From Corallococcus soli (lineage in GTDB: Bacteria > Myxococcota > Myxococcia > Myxococcales > Myxococcaceae): a stretch of 64,000 nucleotides of DNA. The notes under the pieces were generated by a model, which saw only the letters and a list, made by a program, of their open reading frames with translations, made no database searches and had not been told where the DNA came from. Position numbers and translations under genes: made by a program. Below, in pieces: positions 14,996 to 24,231 of this stretch (position 1 is the stretch's first letter; each line of letters starts with the position of its first letter). The stretch spans positions 224,367 to 288,366 of the forward strand of contig NZ_JAAIYO010000008.1 in NCBI RefSeq assembly GCF_014930455.1, read 5' to 3'.

Positions 14996-17761
14996 ATGGA
15001 CGAGCAGCGCCCCCCCAGGCCCCCGGCACGGACGGATCCCTCCATCGATCTGCTCCACCAGCGCACGCGCCAGCCACTGGAGGTCCTCTTCTCGCCCCGC
15101 AGCGTCGCGGTGGTGGGGGCGAGCGAGCGGGCCGGCAGCGTGGGCCGCACCGTGCTGTGGAACCTCATCAGCAGCCCTTTTGGCGGCACCGTCTACCCCG
15201 TCAACCCGCAGCGCCCCAACGTGCTCGGCATCAAGGCGTGGCCGTCCCTGCGCGCCCTGCCGGAGCCGGTGGACCTGGCCGTCATCGTCACGCCCGCGAA
15301 GTCCGTGCCGGCCATCATCCGCGAGTGCGCGGAGGTCGGCGTCCGGGGCGCCATCATCATCTCCGCGGGCTTCAAGGAGACGGGCCCTGAGGGCGTGAAG
15401 CTGGAGCAGGAGGTGCTGCGCATCGCGCAGGCCGGGAACGTGCGCATCATCGGGCCCAACTGCCTGGGCGTGATGCGGCCCACCACCGGCTTCAACGCCA
15501 CGTTCGCCAAGGGCATGGCCCGGCCCGGCAACGTGGCCTTCATCAGCCAGTCCGGCGCGCTGCTCACCGCCATCCTCGACTGGAGCCTGCGCGAGTCCGT
15601 GGGCTTCAGCGCCTTCGTGTCCGTGGGCTCCATGCTGGACGTGGGGTGGGGCGACCTCATCGACTTCCTGGCCGATGATCCGATGACGCGCTCCATCCTG
15701 CTGTACATGGAGTCCATCGGCGACGCGCGCGCCTTCCTGTCCGCCGCGCGCGAGGTGGCCCTCACCAAGCCCATCATCGTCATCAAGGCCGGCCGCACCG
15801 CGCAGGCCGCGCAGGCCGCCGCGTCCCACACCGGCACGCTCGCCGGCAGCGACGAGGTGCTGAGCGCCGCCTTCCGCCGCGCGGGCGTGCTGCGCGTGGA
15901 CTCCATCGAGGACCTGTTCCACATGGCGGAGGTGCTCGCCCGTCAGCCCCGGCCCTCCGGACGCAGGCTCACGCTGCTCACCAACGCGGGCGGCCCCGCG
16001 GTGCTCGCCACGGACGCGCTGGTCGCGGGTGGGGGAGAGCTGGCCACGCTGTCCGACGACACGCGCGCCCAGTTGGACGCGTTCCTGCCCGCGCCGTGGA
16101 GCCACGGCAACCCGGTGGACATCCTGGGGGACGCGGACGGGGAGCGCTACGCGAAGGCCCTGGAGGTGACGGGCGCGGATCCCCACAGCGACGGCCTGCT
16201 CGTCATCCTCACGCCGCAGGACATGACGGAGCCCACGAAGACGGCCGACCGCCTCAAGGGCTACGCGAAGCTGCCCGGCAAGCCCGTGCTCGCGAGCTGG
16301 ATGGGCGGCTCCGAGGTCGCCGCCGGCGAGCGCATCCTCAACGACGCGGGCATCCCGACCTTCGGCTACCCGGACACGGCGGCCCGCGTCTTCAACTACA
16401 TGTGGCGCTACTCGGACAACATCGCGGGGCTCTATGAAACCCCCACGCTGGCGGAGGAGCCCACCGGCGGGGGCCGCGACGTGGCGCGGGCCCTGGTGGA
16501 GGAAGCCCGCGCCGCCGGCCGCGGCATCCTGTCCGAATACGAATCCAAGCGCCTGCTGGCCGCCTACGGCATCCCCACCGTGGAGACGTGGCTCGCGACC
16601 ACCGAGGACGGCGCCGTGGAGAAGGCCCGCGCGCTGGGCTTCCCCGTGGTGCTCAAGCTGCACTCGCTCACGGTGACGCACAAGACGGACGTGGGCGGTG
16701 TGCGCCTGGACCTGCGGGACGAGGACAGCGTGCGTCAGGCCTTCCGCGCCATCCGCGACGCGCTGGCGGAGCGGGGGCTGGCGGACGCGTTCGACGGCGT
16801 CACCGTGCAGCCCATGGTGAAGCTGGACGGCTACGAGCTCATCCTGGGCAGCAGCCTGGACGCGCAGTTCGGGCCGGTGCTGCTCTTCGGCGCGGGGGGC
16901 ACGCTGGTGGAGGTGTTCCAGGACCGGGCCCTGGGCCTGCCGCCCCTCAACACCACGCTGGCGCGGCGGATGATGGAGCGCACGCGCATCCACCACGCGC
17001 TGAAGGGCGTGCGCGGCCGGGCCCCCGTGGACCAGGGCGCGCTGGAGCGCCTGCTGGTGCGCTTCAGCCAACTGGTGGTGGAGCAGCCCTTCATCCGCGA
17101 GCTGGACATCAACCCGCTGCTCGTCTCCGCCGAGCGCATCATCGCCCTGGACGCCCGCGTGGTGCTGCACCCGGCGGACGCCACGGCCGCGTCGCTGCCC
17201 CGGCTGGCCATTGAACCGTATCCGCACCAGTACGCGCGGTTCTTCACGCTGAAGAACGGCGAGCAGCTCATGCTGCGCCCCATCCGCCCGGAGGACGAGC
17301 CCGCGATGACGCGCTTCCACCAGGCGCTGTCCGAACAGACGGTGTTCCTGCGCTACGCGGGCCTGATGAAGCTGAGCCAGCGCGTGGCCCATGAGCGGCT
17401 GGCGCGCATCTGCTTCAACGACTACGCGCGGGAGATGGCGCTCGTCGCGGAGCGGCGCTCCGCGGACCTGAAGGAGGGAGGGGAGATCCTGGCGGTGGGC
17501 CGGCTCACGCGCCTGAGGGGCACGAAGGACGCGGAGTTCGCCATCACCGTCAGCGACGTCGCGCAGCGCCAGGGCCTGGGGGAGGAGCTGCTCCGGCGGC
17601 TGGTGGACGTCGGTCGGGACTGGGGCCTGCAGCGGATCGTCGCGGACATCCTCACGCGCAACCGCGGCATGCAGGCCGTCAGCCGGAAGCTGGGCTTCAG
17701 CATCCTCGAGAACGAGGAGCTGGCCCCGGACATGGTCAAGGCCGTGAAGGTGATTGGCTGA
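14996..17761 (+). CDS. Pat-like bifunctional protein: NDP-forming acyl-CoA synthetase (alpha and beta domains) fused to a C-terminal GNAT acetyltransferase
   Basis: CoA-binding domain ([18 protein letters not shown]), succinyl-CoA-synthetase-like flavodoxin domain, ATP-grasp domain ([10 protein letters not shown]...[11 protein letters not shown]) and a C-terminal GNAT domain ([13 protein letters not shown]). The start at ATG 14996 (MDEQRPP) was chosen over the ORF-track start at 14834. Confidence 0.85.
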   Translation: MDEQRPPRPPARTDPSIDLLHQRTRQPLEVLFSPRSVAVVGASERAGSVGRTVLWNLISSPFGGTVYPVNPQRPNVLGIKAWPSLRALPEPVDLAVIVTPAKSVPAIIRECAEVGVRGAIIISAGFKETGPEGVKLEQEVLRIAQAGNVRIIGPNCLGVMRPTTGFNATFAKGMARPGNVAFISQSGALLTAILDWSLRESVGFSAFVSVGSMLDVGWGDLIDFLADDPMTRSILLYMESIGDARAFLSAAREVALTKPIIVIKAGRTAQAAQAAASHTGTLAGSDEVLSAAFRRAGVLRVDSIEDLFHMAEVLARQPRPSGRRLTLLTNAGGPAVLATDALVAGGGELATLSDDTRAQLDAFLPAPWSHGNPVDILGDADGERYAKALEVTGADPHSDGLLVILTPQDMTEPTKTADRLKGYAKLPGKPVLASWMGGSEVAAGERILNDAGIPTFGYPDTAARVFNYMWRYSDNIAGLYETPTLAEEPTGGGRDVARALVEEARAAGRGILSEYESKRLLAAYGIPTVETWLATTEDGAVEKARALGFPVVLKLHSLTVTHKTDVGGVRLDLRDEDSVRQAFRAIRDALAERGLADAFDGVTVQPMVKLDGYELILGSSLDAQFGPVLLFGAGGTLVEVFQDRALGLPPLNTTLARRMMERTRIHHALKGVRGRAPVDQGALERLLVRFSQLVVEQPFIRELDINPLLVSAERIIALDARVVLHPADATAASLPRLAIEPYPHQYARFFTLKNGEQLMLRPIRPEDEPAMTRFHQALSEQTVFLRYAGLMKLSQRVAHERLARICFNDYAREMALVAERRSADLKEGGEILAVGRLTRLRGTKDAEFAITVSDVAQRQGLGEELLRRLVDVGRDWGLQRIVADILTRNRGMQAVSRKLGFSILENEELAPDMVKAVKVIG

Positions 17762-17794
17762 CCGTGCCCGGGGCCTCAAGCCCCTACAGCGGCG

Positions 17795-18610
17795 CTACAC
17801 GTCGTCGCAGGGCGTGCCCAGCCGCGCGCCCGTGTAGACGCCCAGCTCGTTGTAGATGAAGGGCAGGTTGTCGCCCACGGGCACCGCGCGCAGCTTCTGG
17901 CGCTTGCTCTTCACCACCCAGAAGGACGGCTCCTCGCGGTCCACCACGAGGCGCAGGTCGCCGCCCTGGGTGGAGAAGATCTCGCCCTGCGAGTCGGTGA
18001 CGACGTTGAGCATCTTCTGCGGCTTCACCTGGCCGCGCTGGCCCGTGAAGATGCGGAAGGACTTGTTGTCCGCGCCGATGCCGCGCTCCACCAGGTAGTA
18101 CGTGCCCTTGTCATCCCGCAGCAGCGCGTACGGCTGGAACTTCATCAGGCTGGGCGCGAAGGTGGACTTGCGCAGCAGCTCCTTCGCCTTGTCCGTCTCC
18201 AGCGGCTGCTGGGGCAGGGCGCGGTCGCCGCAGCTGAGCGTGCACGTCTTCGCGTCCTCACTGAGCTCCAGCCGCGAAATCACGCGGTAGTCCACGCCGC
18301 GGAAGTTCGGGTTGGACTTGGGGTTGAAGAAGCGGGGCTCGAAGAAGTCCGCCTGCGTCGCGCTGTTGCTGCTGACGTTGGGCACCTGGACGAAGGACTT
18401 GCCGTCTCCGTAGTAGAGCTGCCCGTCCGCCTCCGGCGTGGTGGGCACGACGACGGTGTAGTGACCCTTGCCGTCCGTGCACACGCGGGTGGATTCCAGC
18501 ACCATGCGCTCGCGCAGCTTCTTCTCCTGCCCCCAGGGCGGATCCATTGCGAGCGCGGCTTGCGGGGCCATGACGAACCCCAGGGCGATGACCATGTGTC
18601 GAAGTGACAT
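17795..18610 (-). CDS. Secreted hypothetical protein
   Basis: N-terminal signal peptide MVIALGFVMAPQAALA. It is the last gene of a three-gene same-strand run: kinase, then lipoprotein, then this gene. Confidence 0.65.
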   Translation of the reverse strand: MSLRHMVIALGFVMAPQAALAMDPPWGQEKKLRERMVLESTRVCTDGKGHYTVVVPTTPEADGQLYYGDGKSFVQVPNVSSNSATQADFFEPRFFNPKSNPNFRGVDYRVISRLELSEDAKTCTLSCGDRALPQQPLETDKAKELLRKSTFAPSLMKFQPYALLRDDKGTYYLVERGIGADNKSFRIFTGQRGQVKPQKMLNVVTDSQGEIFSTQGGDLRLVVDREEPSFWVVKSKRQKLRAVPVGDNLPFIYNELGVYTGARLGTPCDDV

Positions 18611-18628
18611 GTTGTTCTGGGCTCCGGC

Positions 18629-19456
18629 CTAGAGGTTGTCGGTGAAGTAGGTGGTGGTCGCTTCGGCCTGGATGAGGTCGCCGTCCGTCACGGACCAGAT
18701 GACCTTCTGGGCTTCCAGCGTCACCGCCGCCTTGGCGTCCACGCGGCACTCCACCGTCTGGACCTTCTGCTGGACGGTGCGCTTCGCCTCCTCCGAGCGG
18801 CTGCACAGCTGCTGCAGCGACTCCAGGGGGCCCGCGCAGTAGCTGGGGATGGACAGCTTGTCGAGGATGGGATCCGGGATGGTGTCCCACGCGATGGTGG
18901 AGGCCATCTTGGAACCGCACGCCTTGTTCGCCTCGGCCAGCTTCTCTCCCAGCTCCTTCTCCGCCTGATCCGTCCAGAACTTGCGATCAAAGGCGAGGAA
19001 GGGCTTGAGGTCGCCGTCCTCCTCCGCCTCTTCATAGCGCGCGAAGACCTTCTCCACCTTCAGCGCCGCCGTGCGGCCCGTGTCCGGCTTCAGGTGCGTG
19101 TAGCCGGAGGCGCCCGCGGGGCTGAGGATGAGGTCCTCGAAGCCGCCCCGGTCGTGCACCGTGACGAAGCGCTGGGTGCGACCGCGCCACTTCGTCCAGT
19201 AGCCGGTGCCGCGGTCCCGATCCACGCTCGCGATGACGACCTTGCCGTCCAGTTCGCTCTTGGTGCCGTTGAACTCCAGCAGCGCCTTCTTCGAGTCGTG
19301 CGGCTCCAGCGGGATGATGGTGACCTGCTCACCGGCCTCGTTGGAGTACACCTTGCCCGTCGCGGGCTTCATGCCCGCCACGGCGCTGTCGAGCCGCACG
19401 CCCCGGGCACAGCCCAGGGACAGGGCCACGACGCTCACTGCCAGTAGAACTCTCAC
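18629..19456 (-). CDS. Lipoprotein, unknown function
   Basis: The GTG start at 19456 gives (M)RVLLAVSVVALSLGCARG, with lipobox LSLGC. A consensus SD (AAGGAG) lies 6 nt upstream. The 486-aa ORF-track version (to 20089) runs through the kinase gene and is an artefact. Confidence 0.75.
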   Translation of the reverse strand: MRVLLAVSVVALSLGCARGVRLDSAVAGMKPATGKVYSNEAGEQVTIIPLEPHDSKKALLEFNGTKSELDGKVVIASVDRDRGTGYWTKWRGRTQRFVTVHDRGGFEDLILSPAGASGYTHLKPDTGRTAALKVEKVFARYEEAEEDGDLKPFLAFDRKFWTDQAEKELGEKLAEANKACGSKMASTIAWDTIPDPILDKLSIPSYCAGPLESLQQLCSRSEEAKRTVQQKVQTVECRVDAKAAVTLEAQKVIWSVTDGDLIQAEATTTYFTDNL

Positions 19457-19512
19457 AGGAACTCCTTGAATGGGGGCGCGCTTGCGTATCGCTCCGCGCG
19501 CCAGGGACGACC

Positions 19513-21195
19513 TCAGAGGTCGATATCGTGCTTCTGACAGTATTGTCGGACCTTGGGACGCTCCGTTGCCGGCACCCGGGTCCAATTGGCGTTCGTATTC
19601 GCCAGGTCGCCCTGCTGGCAGTACACGCGGGTGAGCAGCGAGTACGACGCGCCGGTGATCTTCGTGCGCTGGCTGCGGCGGATGTGAAGCAGGGCCTCTT
19701 CCAGTTTGCCCGCGTCCAGCGCCCGCTGCGCCGCCGCCAGGTCCTCGCGGACGTTGTCGGGCAGCTTCTCCGCGGACTGCGATGAGGCGGTCGACGGGGT
19801 CCGCGCCACCTTCGGCTTGACGTCGGTGGACGGCTCCCCGTCCGGCTTCTTGTCGGGGGACGGGTCGGCGTCCGGCGTGGGCGCCGTCGTCGTCGTGGTC
19901 TCCGTGGGTGTCACCGGCTTCTTCTGCTCCGGGGTCGGCGTCGGGACGTCGGCGGGCGGCGCGACGACCACCGCGGGCGGCAGGGTGACCACCGCGACCT
20001 GCTGGGGCGTCGTGCCCGCGCCGCGCCAGAAGAACGCGACGGTGAAGGCCGCGATGACGACGACACCCACGGCCACGCCCACCTGCCACGCGGGGCGGGC
20101 GCGGGGCACGGGCCGCGCGTCCAGCGACTCCGTCCGGGGGCCCGACGCGTCGACGGACGCCGGCCCGGAGGCGTCCTGCCCGGCGTGGGGGCGCATGCCC
20201 ACGGTGGGGATGTGCTCCTCGGACGGCAGGGAGGGCAGCCGGGGGATGGACGCGGGGGGCTGCGTCGTCGGGCGCGAGGGCTTCGACTCGGGCAGCGTCT
20301 GGAGCGGGCTGCCGGTCAGGTCCAGGATGAACGAGCCCACGTCCGGATACCGGTCCGCCGGCTGCTTGGCCATCGCGCGCTGGATGGCCGCGACCACGTG
20401 CGGGGGCGTGCCCGGCGCCAGCGACAGCAGGGGCGCGGGCTCCAGGTGGACGATCTGGTAGATGAGCTCCGCGATGTTGTCGCCGGAGTAGGGCGGCTGG
20501 CCGGCGATCATCTCGTAGACCATGCAGCCGAACGAGAAGAGGTCCGTCCTCGCGTCCACGTTGCTGTTGTGGCCCATGGCCTGCTCGGGCGCCATGTACT
20601 GCGGCGTCCCCATCAGCACCGAGTCCAGCGTCTGCACCGTGCGCGAGTCGATGAGCTTGGAGATGCCGAAGTCGAGCAGCTTCACGCGCTCGCTCACCAC
20701 GCCCCCCGCCTCCGTGGGGACCAGGAACACGTTGCCCGGCTTCAGGTCGCGGTGCACCACGCCCGCGCGGTGCGCCGCCTGGAGCGCCGCGCCCATCTGC
20801 CGGGAGATGGAGAAGACCTCCGCCAGGGGCAGCTGCTTCTGCTTGCGCAGCCGGCGCGACAGCCCCTCGCCGCGCAGGTACTCCATCACCATGAAGGGCG
20901 TGCCGTCCTCCAGGGTGTCGAAGTCCAGCACCTCCACGATGTTCGGGTGGCCCAGCCGCGAGGCGATCTCCGCCTCGCGCCGGAAGCGCACCGCCACCTC
21001 CGGCGACAGCGACTCGGCGCCGTGCAGCACCTTGATGGCCACCTGCTTGCCCGGCAGCCGCAGGTGGCGGGCGAGGAAGACCGCCCCCATCCCGCCCTTG
21101 CCCAGGACGGTGCCAATCTCATAGGTGGCGTTCAGGATCCGTCCCGTGGTGAGGGGCTCGGACTGGACGGAGGTGGGTTCGGTCGGCTTTTGCAT
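19513..21195 (-). CDS. Hanks-type Ser/Thr protein kinase with a Pro/Thr-rich linker, a transmembrane segment and a C-terminal TPR-like domain
   Basis: Kinase subdomains are present: GKGGMGAVFLA, AIKVL, HRDLKPGNV, DFGISK and APE. A hydrophobic transmembrane segment (VAVGVVVIAAFTVAFFW) follows the kinase. Confidence 0.85.
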   Translation of the reverse strand: MQKPTEPTSVQSEPLTTGRILNATYEIGTVLGKGGMGAVFLARHLRLPGKQVAIKVLHGAESLSPEVAVRFRREAEIASRLGHPNIVEVLDFDTLEDGTPFMVMEYLRGEGLSRRLRKQKQLPLAEVFSISRQMGAALQAAHRAGVVHRDLKPGNVFLVPTEAGGVVSERVKLLDFGISKLIDSRTVQTLDSVLMGTPQYMAPEQAMGHNSNVDARTDLFSFGCMVYEMIAGQPPYSGDNIAELIYQIVHLEPAPLLSLAPGTPPHVVAAIQRAMAKQPADRYPDVGSFILDLTGSPLQTLPESKPSRPTTQPPASIPRLPSLPSEEHIPTVGMRPHAGQDASGPASVDASGPRTESLDARPVPRARPAWQVGVAVGVVVIAAFTVAFFWRGAGTTPQQVAVVTLPPAVVVAPPADVPTPTPEQKKPVTPTETTTTTAPTPDADPSPDKKPDGEPSTDVKPKVARTPSTASSQSAEKLPDNVREDLAAAQRALDAGKLEEALLHIRRSQRTKITGASYSLLTRVYCQQGDLANTNANWTRVPATERPKVRQYCQKHDIDL

Positions 21196-21426
21196 CGGCG
21201 GTTCTTTTTCCTACTAAACCGGGCCGACATGATTGGAAAGCACCTGGGTCGGATCCTCCCCAGCAGGTCGGGGGCGCGCCTCCGGATTCACAGGTTCTGA
21301 GAGGACAAGCCGTTTTTTCTCGGGCGGCGCCACGAACGGGGTCCGCTCGGAGGCACGGGGCCTCATGAACGCCACGAGCCCCCTGGTGGCTCCAGGAGGC
21401 TCGTGGCGCGAACCGCGGGCGTCGTC

Positions 21427-22044
21427 CTACGGGGGGGGGATGGGCAGCAGCCGCGTCTGGAGGGCCTCTGCTTCCTGGATGTGGATCTGGACCTGCTGCC
21501 GCTGGGTCTGGAGCTCCTGGGCCATGGCCGGCAGGGTGACCTGGGGCGTCAGGAGGCTGTCGCCGATGAAGGCGGTGCGCGCGTGCGCGTTGAGCTGCGC
21601 GCTCATCAGCGCCAGGTCGAACGCGGCGCCCTGGGGTGCTTCGGGCCCCTGGAGGATCTCCATCATCTGCTGGACCTCCGCCTGCAACTGGAGGCTCAGC
21701 GGGCTGTCCTCCGGGGTGATGCCCTGGCTTTGCAGGAACGCATCCAGCCGCTGCCGCGCGGCCGTGTGCTCGGTGACCATGGCGGTGTTGAAGTCGCGCA
21801 CGGCGGGATCGGTGGCGAGCGGCGCGCCGAAGTTGCCGAGCATCACCTCGCCTTCATTCGCCACCTGCAGCACGCGGGCGATCTGCGCGTCGGTGAGCGT
21901 CAGCACCGTGCCGGCGTCCGCGACGGTCTGGAGTCCGGGCGGAGGATTGGTGTCCTTGTCATCGGCGTCGGCGCCGCACGCTGAGCCACCCAGCACCATC
22001 GCACCCGCCAGTACCGCACCCAGCCAATATCCTGCCAATCGCAT
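21427..22044 (-). CDS. DUF4142-like lipoprotein
   Basis: Lipobox LGGSAC. It carries an acidic D/E-rich segment and Q-rich helical repeats. Confidence 0.6.
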   Translation of the reverse strand: MRLAGYWLGAVLAGAMVLGGSACGADADDKDTNPPPGLQTVADAGTVLTLTDAQIARVLQVANEGEVMLGNFGAPLATDPAVRDFNTAMVTEHTAARQRLDAFLQSQGITPEDSPLSLQLQAEVQQMMEILQGPEAPQGAAFDLALMSAQLNAHARTAFIGDSLLTPQVTLPAMAQELQTQRQQVQIHIQEAEALQTRLLPIPPP

Positions 22045-22205
22045 GCGTGACGCTCCTTCTGAGGATTGAGCACGCAGGGTGGGGACCGCCTCGTGGAGTG
22101 ACCATCAGCGGCTCAGCCGATGCCACTGTGGCGCAGTCCACAGGCCGCCCCACGCAGCGCGCCCGTCCCGGGGCCGGCCGGCAGGTCGCCTGCCGCCAGC
22201 GAAGC

Positions 22206-22425
22206 GGTCCCGGGACGCGCGATTTTCCCGGCGACCCGGTGCGCCAACCCCTAGAGTCCTCCTTGATGAGTGCCCAAGCCGACACCCGCGCCCCGCTCGT
22301 CGCCCTGCTGCCGAAGCCTGGCGAGTCTTCTCTCGACGACCGGAGCACCTTCGAGCGGCTCCAGAACGGCATGCCGGAGCCGCTGGAGTCCTGCTTCGAG
22401 GTGAGCCACGGCCTCCTGCTCAACC
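22206..22425. repeat. Chimeric duplicate of the helicase gene promoter and 5' end, fused to an internal helicase segment
   Basis: 22206-22340 matches 24172-24306 (helicase upstream region plus its first 24 codons or so, about 135 bp, with roughly 6 mismatches). 22336-22425 matches 25487-25576 (an internal helicase segment, about 90 bp, 1 mismatch). The two pieces join at a shared acgac pentamer. The result is a 65-codon in-frame remnant ORF (ATG 22265, MSAQADTRAPLVALLPKPGESSLDDRSTFERLQNGMPEPLESCFEVSHGLLLN...) whose TGA (22458-22460) overlaps the toxin ATG (22457). Confidence 0.9.
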
Positions 22426-22456
22426 CTCCAGTGCGCCAAACCCTGGCAAGCTCGGA

Positions 22457-23167
22457 ATGAACTTCCGAACTTGCAGCGCACTCCGCCAGGCCGTTGTCGT
22501 TGCCGTCGCCGCAGTTGGGTGCGCCACCTCTCAGGAGGCGCCTGAGACCTACGCTTGGGCGCCTGTGCGCCCGCCCGCTGTGCCCGGCACGGGCCTCCCC
22601 ACTCGCGGGCAGCCAGGGCAGGCTCGCCCCCAGCCCCTGCCGCGAAGCCCGCACAAGCGCATGTTGCCGCCCACCCGGGAGCCGGGCCTTTGGGCTGGAG
22701 ACGCTCCTCGGGCCTCGCAGGAACCGGAGGCGAACTCCACACCGGAGAGGTCCCAAGCGAACAGGAACGACCCGCCTGCCCCGGTGACGGCGGAGCGCCG
22801 CTTGGAGTGCGACCCCCTCCCGGTGCCGCACGCGGGCGAGGATGCCTCGCATGACGCGTGCGCCGACACATTTCCGCCCAACCGTTACCCTGGAATGGAC
22901 GTGCGCGTGGGCGGTATGCGCTTTGATGCGCTGCAAGTCGGCGTGCGCGTGCTGTGGGAGATCAAGACCCACCGATTTGACACATACAATGCCTTCCTCC
23001 GGGAACGGACAATCCTGGAGCAAGTGCCGTTGCTGAAGGAAGAGCGCGACATCGCTGAGGCATGTGGCTATGGATTCGTTGTCGGGGTGAGCACCCAAGA
23101 GCACAAAGACGCGTTGCTCGACGAGGATATCTCCCTCAATGTTGTCGTCACGGGGTGCAAGCGATGA
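22457..23167 (+). CDS. Small lipoprotein toxin candidate (SitA-like) with a C-terminal PD-(D/E)xK restriction-endonuclease-fold-like domain
   Basis: N-terminal signal and lipobox: MNFRTCSALRQAVVVAVAAVGCATS, with Ala at +2. The C-terminus reads GMDVRVGGMRFDALQVGVRVLWEIKTHRFDTYNAF, which gives a D...E-x-K arrangement. The ORF-track N-terminal extension (from 22079) was rejected because it reads through the duplicated helicase fragment in a different frame. Confidence 0.6.
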   Translation: MNFRTCSALRQAVVVAVAAVGCATSQEAPETYAWAPVRPPAVPGTGLPTRGQPGQARPQPLPRSPHKRMLPPTREPGLWAGDAPRASQEPEANSTPERSQANRNDPPAPVTAERRLECDPLPVPHAGEDASHDACADTFPPNRYPGMDVRVGGMRFDALQVGVRVLWEIKTHRFDTYNAFLRERTILEQVPLLKEERDIAEACGYGFVVGVSTQEHKDALLDEDISLNVVVTGCKR

Positions 23168-23922
23168 CAAGGCAGAGAACCCTCATCCATATCGTCTTCG
23201 CGCCTGCGCTCGTGGGCGACGACGGTCGCACGCTCGCGGTCGTCCACGGAATCGAACGGGCGCTCTCTGGTGTGCGTTTGGAGTGGGAGCTATCTGAGGC
23301 GGGGCGGCCCATCGCGTTGGCGCGACGCGATGGGTGGCTCGCTGAAGCAGCGGTGCGCGGGGAGTTCCCGTTACTGTGCAACGGCGACGAGAGTTACCCG
23401 GTAACGGTTTATGGGTTGCGGACATCCGGGCGCCAATCGCCGGGCGGCCAGCCGTTGCTCGATGTCCACGCAAAGCTGCCGCTGGATGCGGTCGGCATCG
23501 CAGCGGCGGCGGAGATGCTGGAAGGCGTGGCGGAAGGCGCGCGAGCGTTTTGGGGACGCGTGTTGCCGGACGGAGTGGCTTCGGAGGTGGCGAAACAGTT
23601 TCGCCACTCGATGGAGCAGCCGCATGTACCGCCCCGGGGTCTCCCAGCGCTCAACCTTCCCAAGCACCTCCGCTCGCCAGAGATCCCCCATTACCTCGGG
23701 TGGCTGAACTACTGGTCGGCAGCCACCGCACAGAGCCTCGGGTTCCCGGACCCTGCCCGAGATGCGGACCTGCTTTCTCGGGCGCGGCGTACGGCCATGG
23801 GCGGGTGGGTGGTTCGGCTCACGGAGACGCCGCTGGATCTCGACAATCCCGCGCACCTTGAGGCGCTCGTGCGGGCGTACGAGCGTTTCCCGGAAATTGG
23901 CGGGCGCGTGACTCCGGGCTGA
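23164..23922 (+). CDS. Candidate cognate immunity protein
   Basis: ATG 23164 overlaps the toxin stop TGA 23165-23167 (an ATGA overlap). It is 252 aa and cytoplasmic, with no signal peptide. Confidence 0.55.
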   Translation: MTRQRTLIHIVFAPALVGDDGRTLAVVHGIERALSGVRLEWELSEAGRPIALARRDGWLAEAAVRGEFPLLCNGDESYPVTVYGLRTSGRQSPGGQPLLDVHAKLPLDAVGIAAAAEMLEGVAEGARAFWGRVLPDGVASEVAKQFRHSMEQPHVPPRGLPALNLPKHLRSPEIPHYLGWLNYWSAATAQSLGFPDPARDADLLSRARRTAMGGWVVRLTETPLDLDNPAHLEALVRAYERFPEIGGRVTPG

Positions 23923-24231
23923 GCTGAAGCTGTCCGACGGGCCGCCGAGTCCCCGCCGTGCGGGTTGGAGGCCGCAGGGCTCGTCTGGCTGGAGCCTCTC
24001 TGGAGGTGACAGACGTGCCCTGCCTGTCGCCGGAGCAGACCGGCAGGGTGCGCTGGAAGCGCCCGGCAGCGATTGAACCCCAGCGGGAGGGCCGCATTGC
24101 CCTGGGACTGTACGTCGCCCGGTGAGCGCGGACCTGGAACATCAGGGCGGTTGTCGCGTTCGAACAACTTGGGTCCGCAGGCGCGCGATTTTCCCGGCGA
24201 CCCGGGGCGCCAACCCCTAGAGTCCTCCTTG

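Noticed and set aside
18629-20089. 486-aa ORF-track version of the lipoprotein gene
   Set aside because: The N-terminal 210 residues overlap the Ser/Thr kinase gene in another frame and are Arg/Gly-rich. A GTG start at 19456 with a consensus AAGGAG SD and a lipobox gives a clean 276-aa lipoprotein.
22079-22456. N-terminal extension of the toxin ORF (MGTASWSDHQRLSRCHCG...)
   Set aside because: It reads across the duplicated helicase fragment in a non-helicase frame. Its composition is Arg/Pro-rich. The downstream ATG at 22457 begins a proper signal peptide and lipobox.
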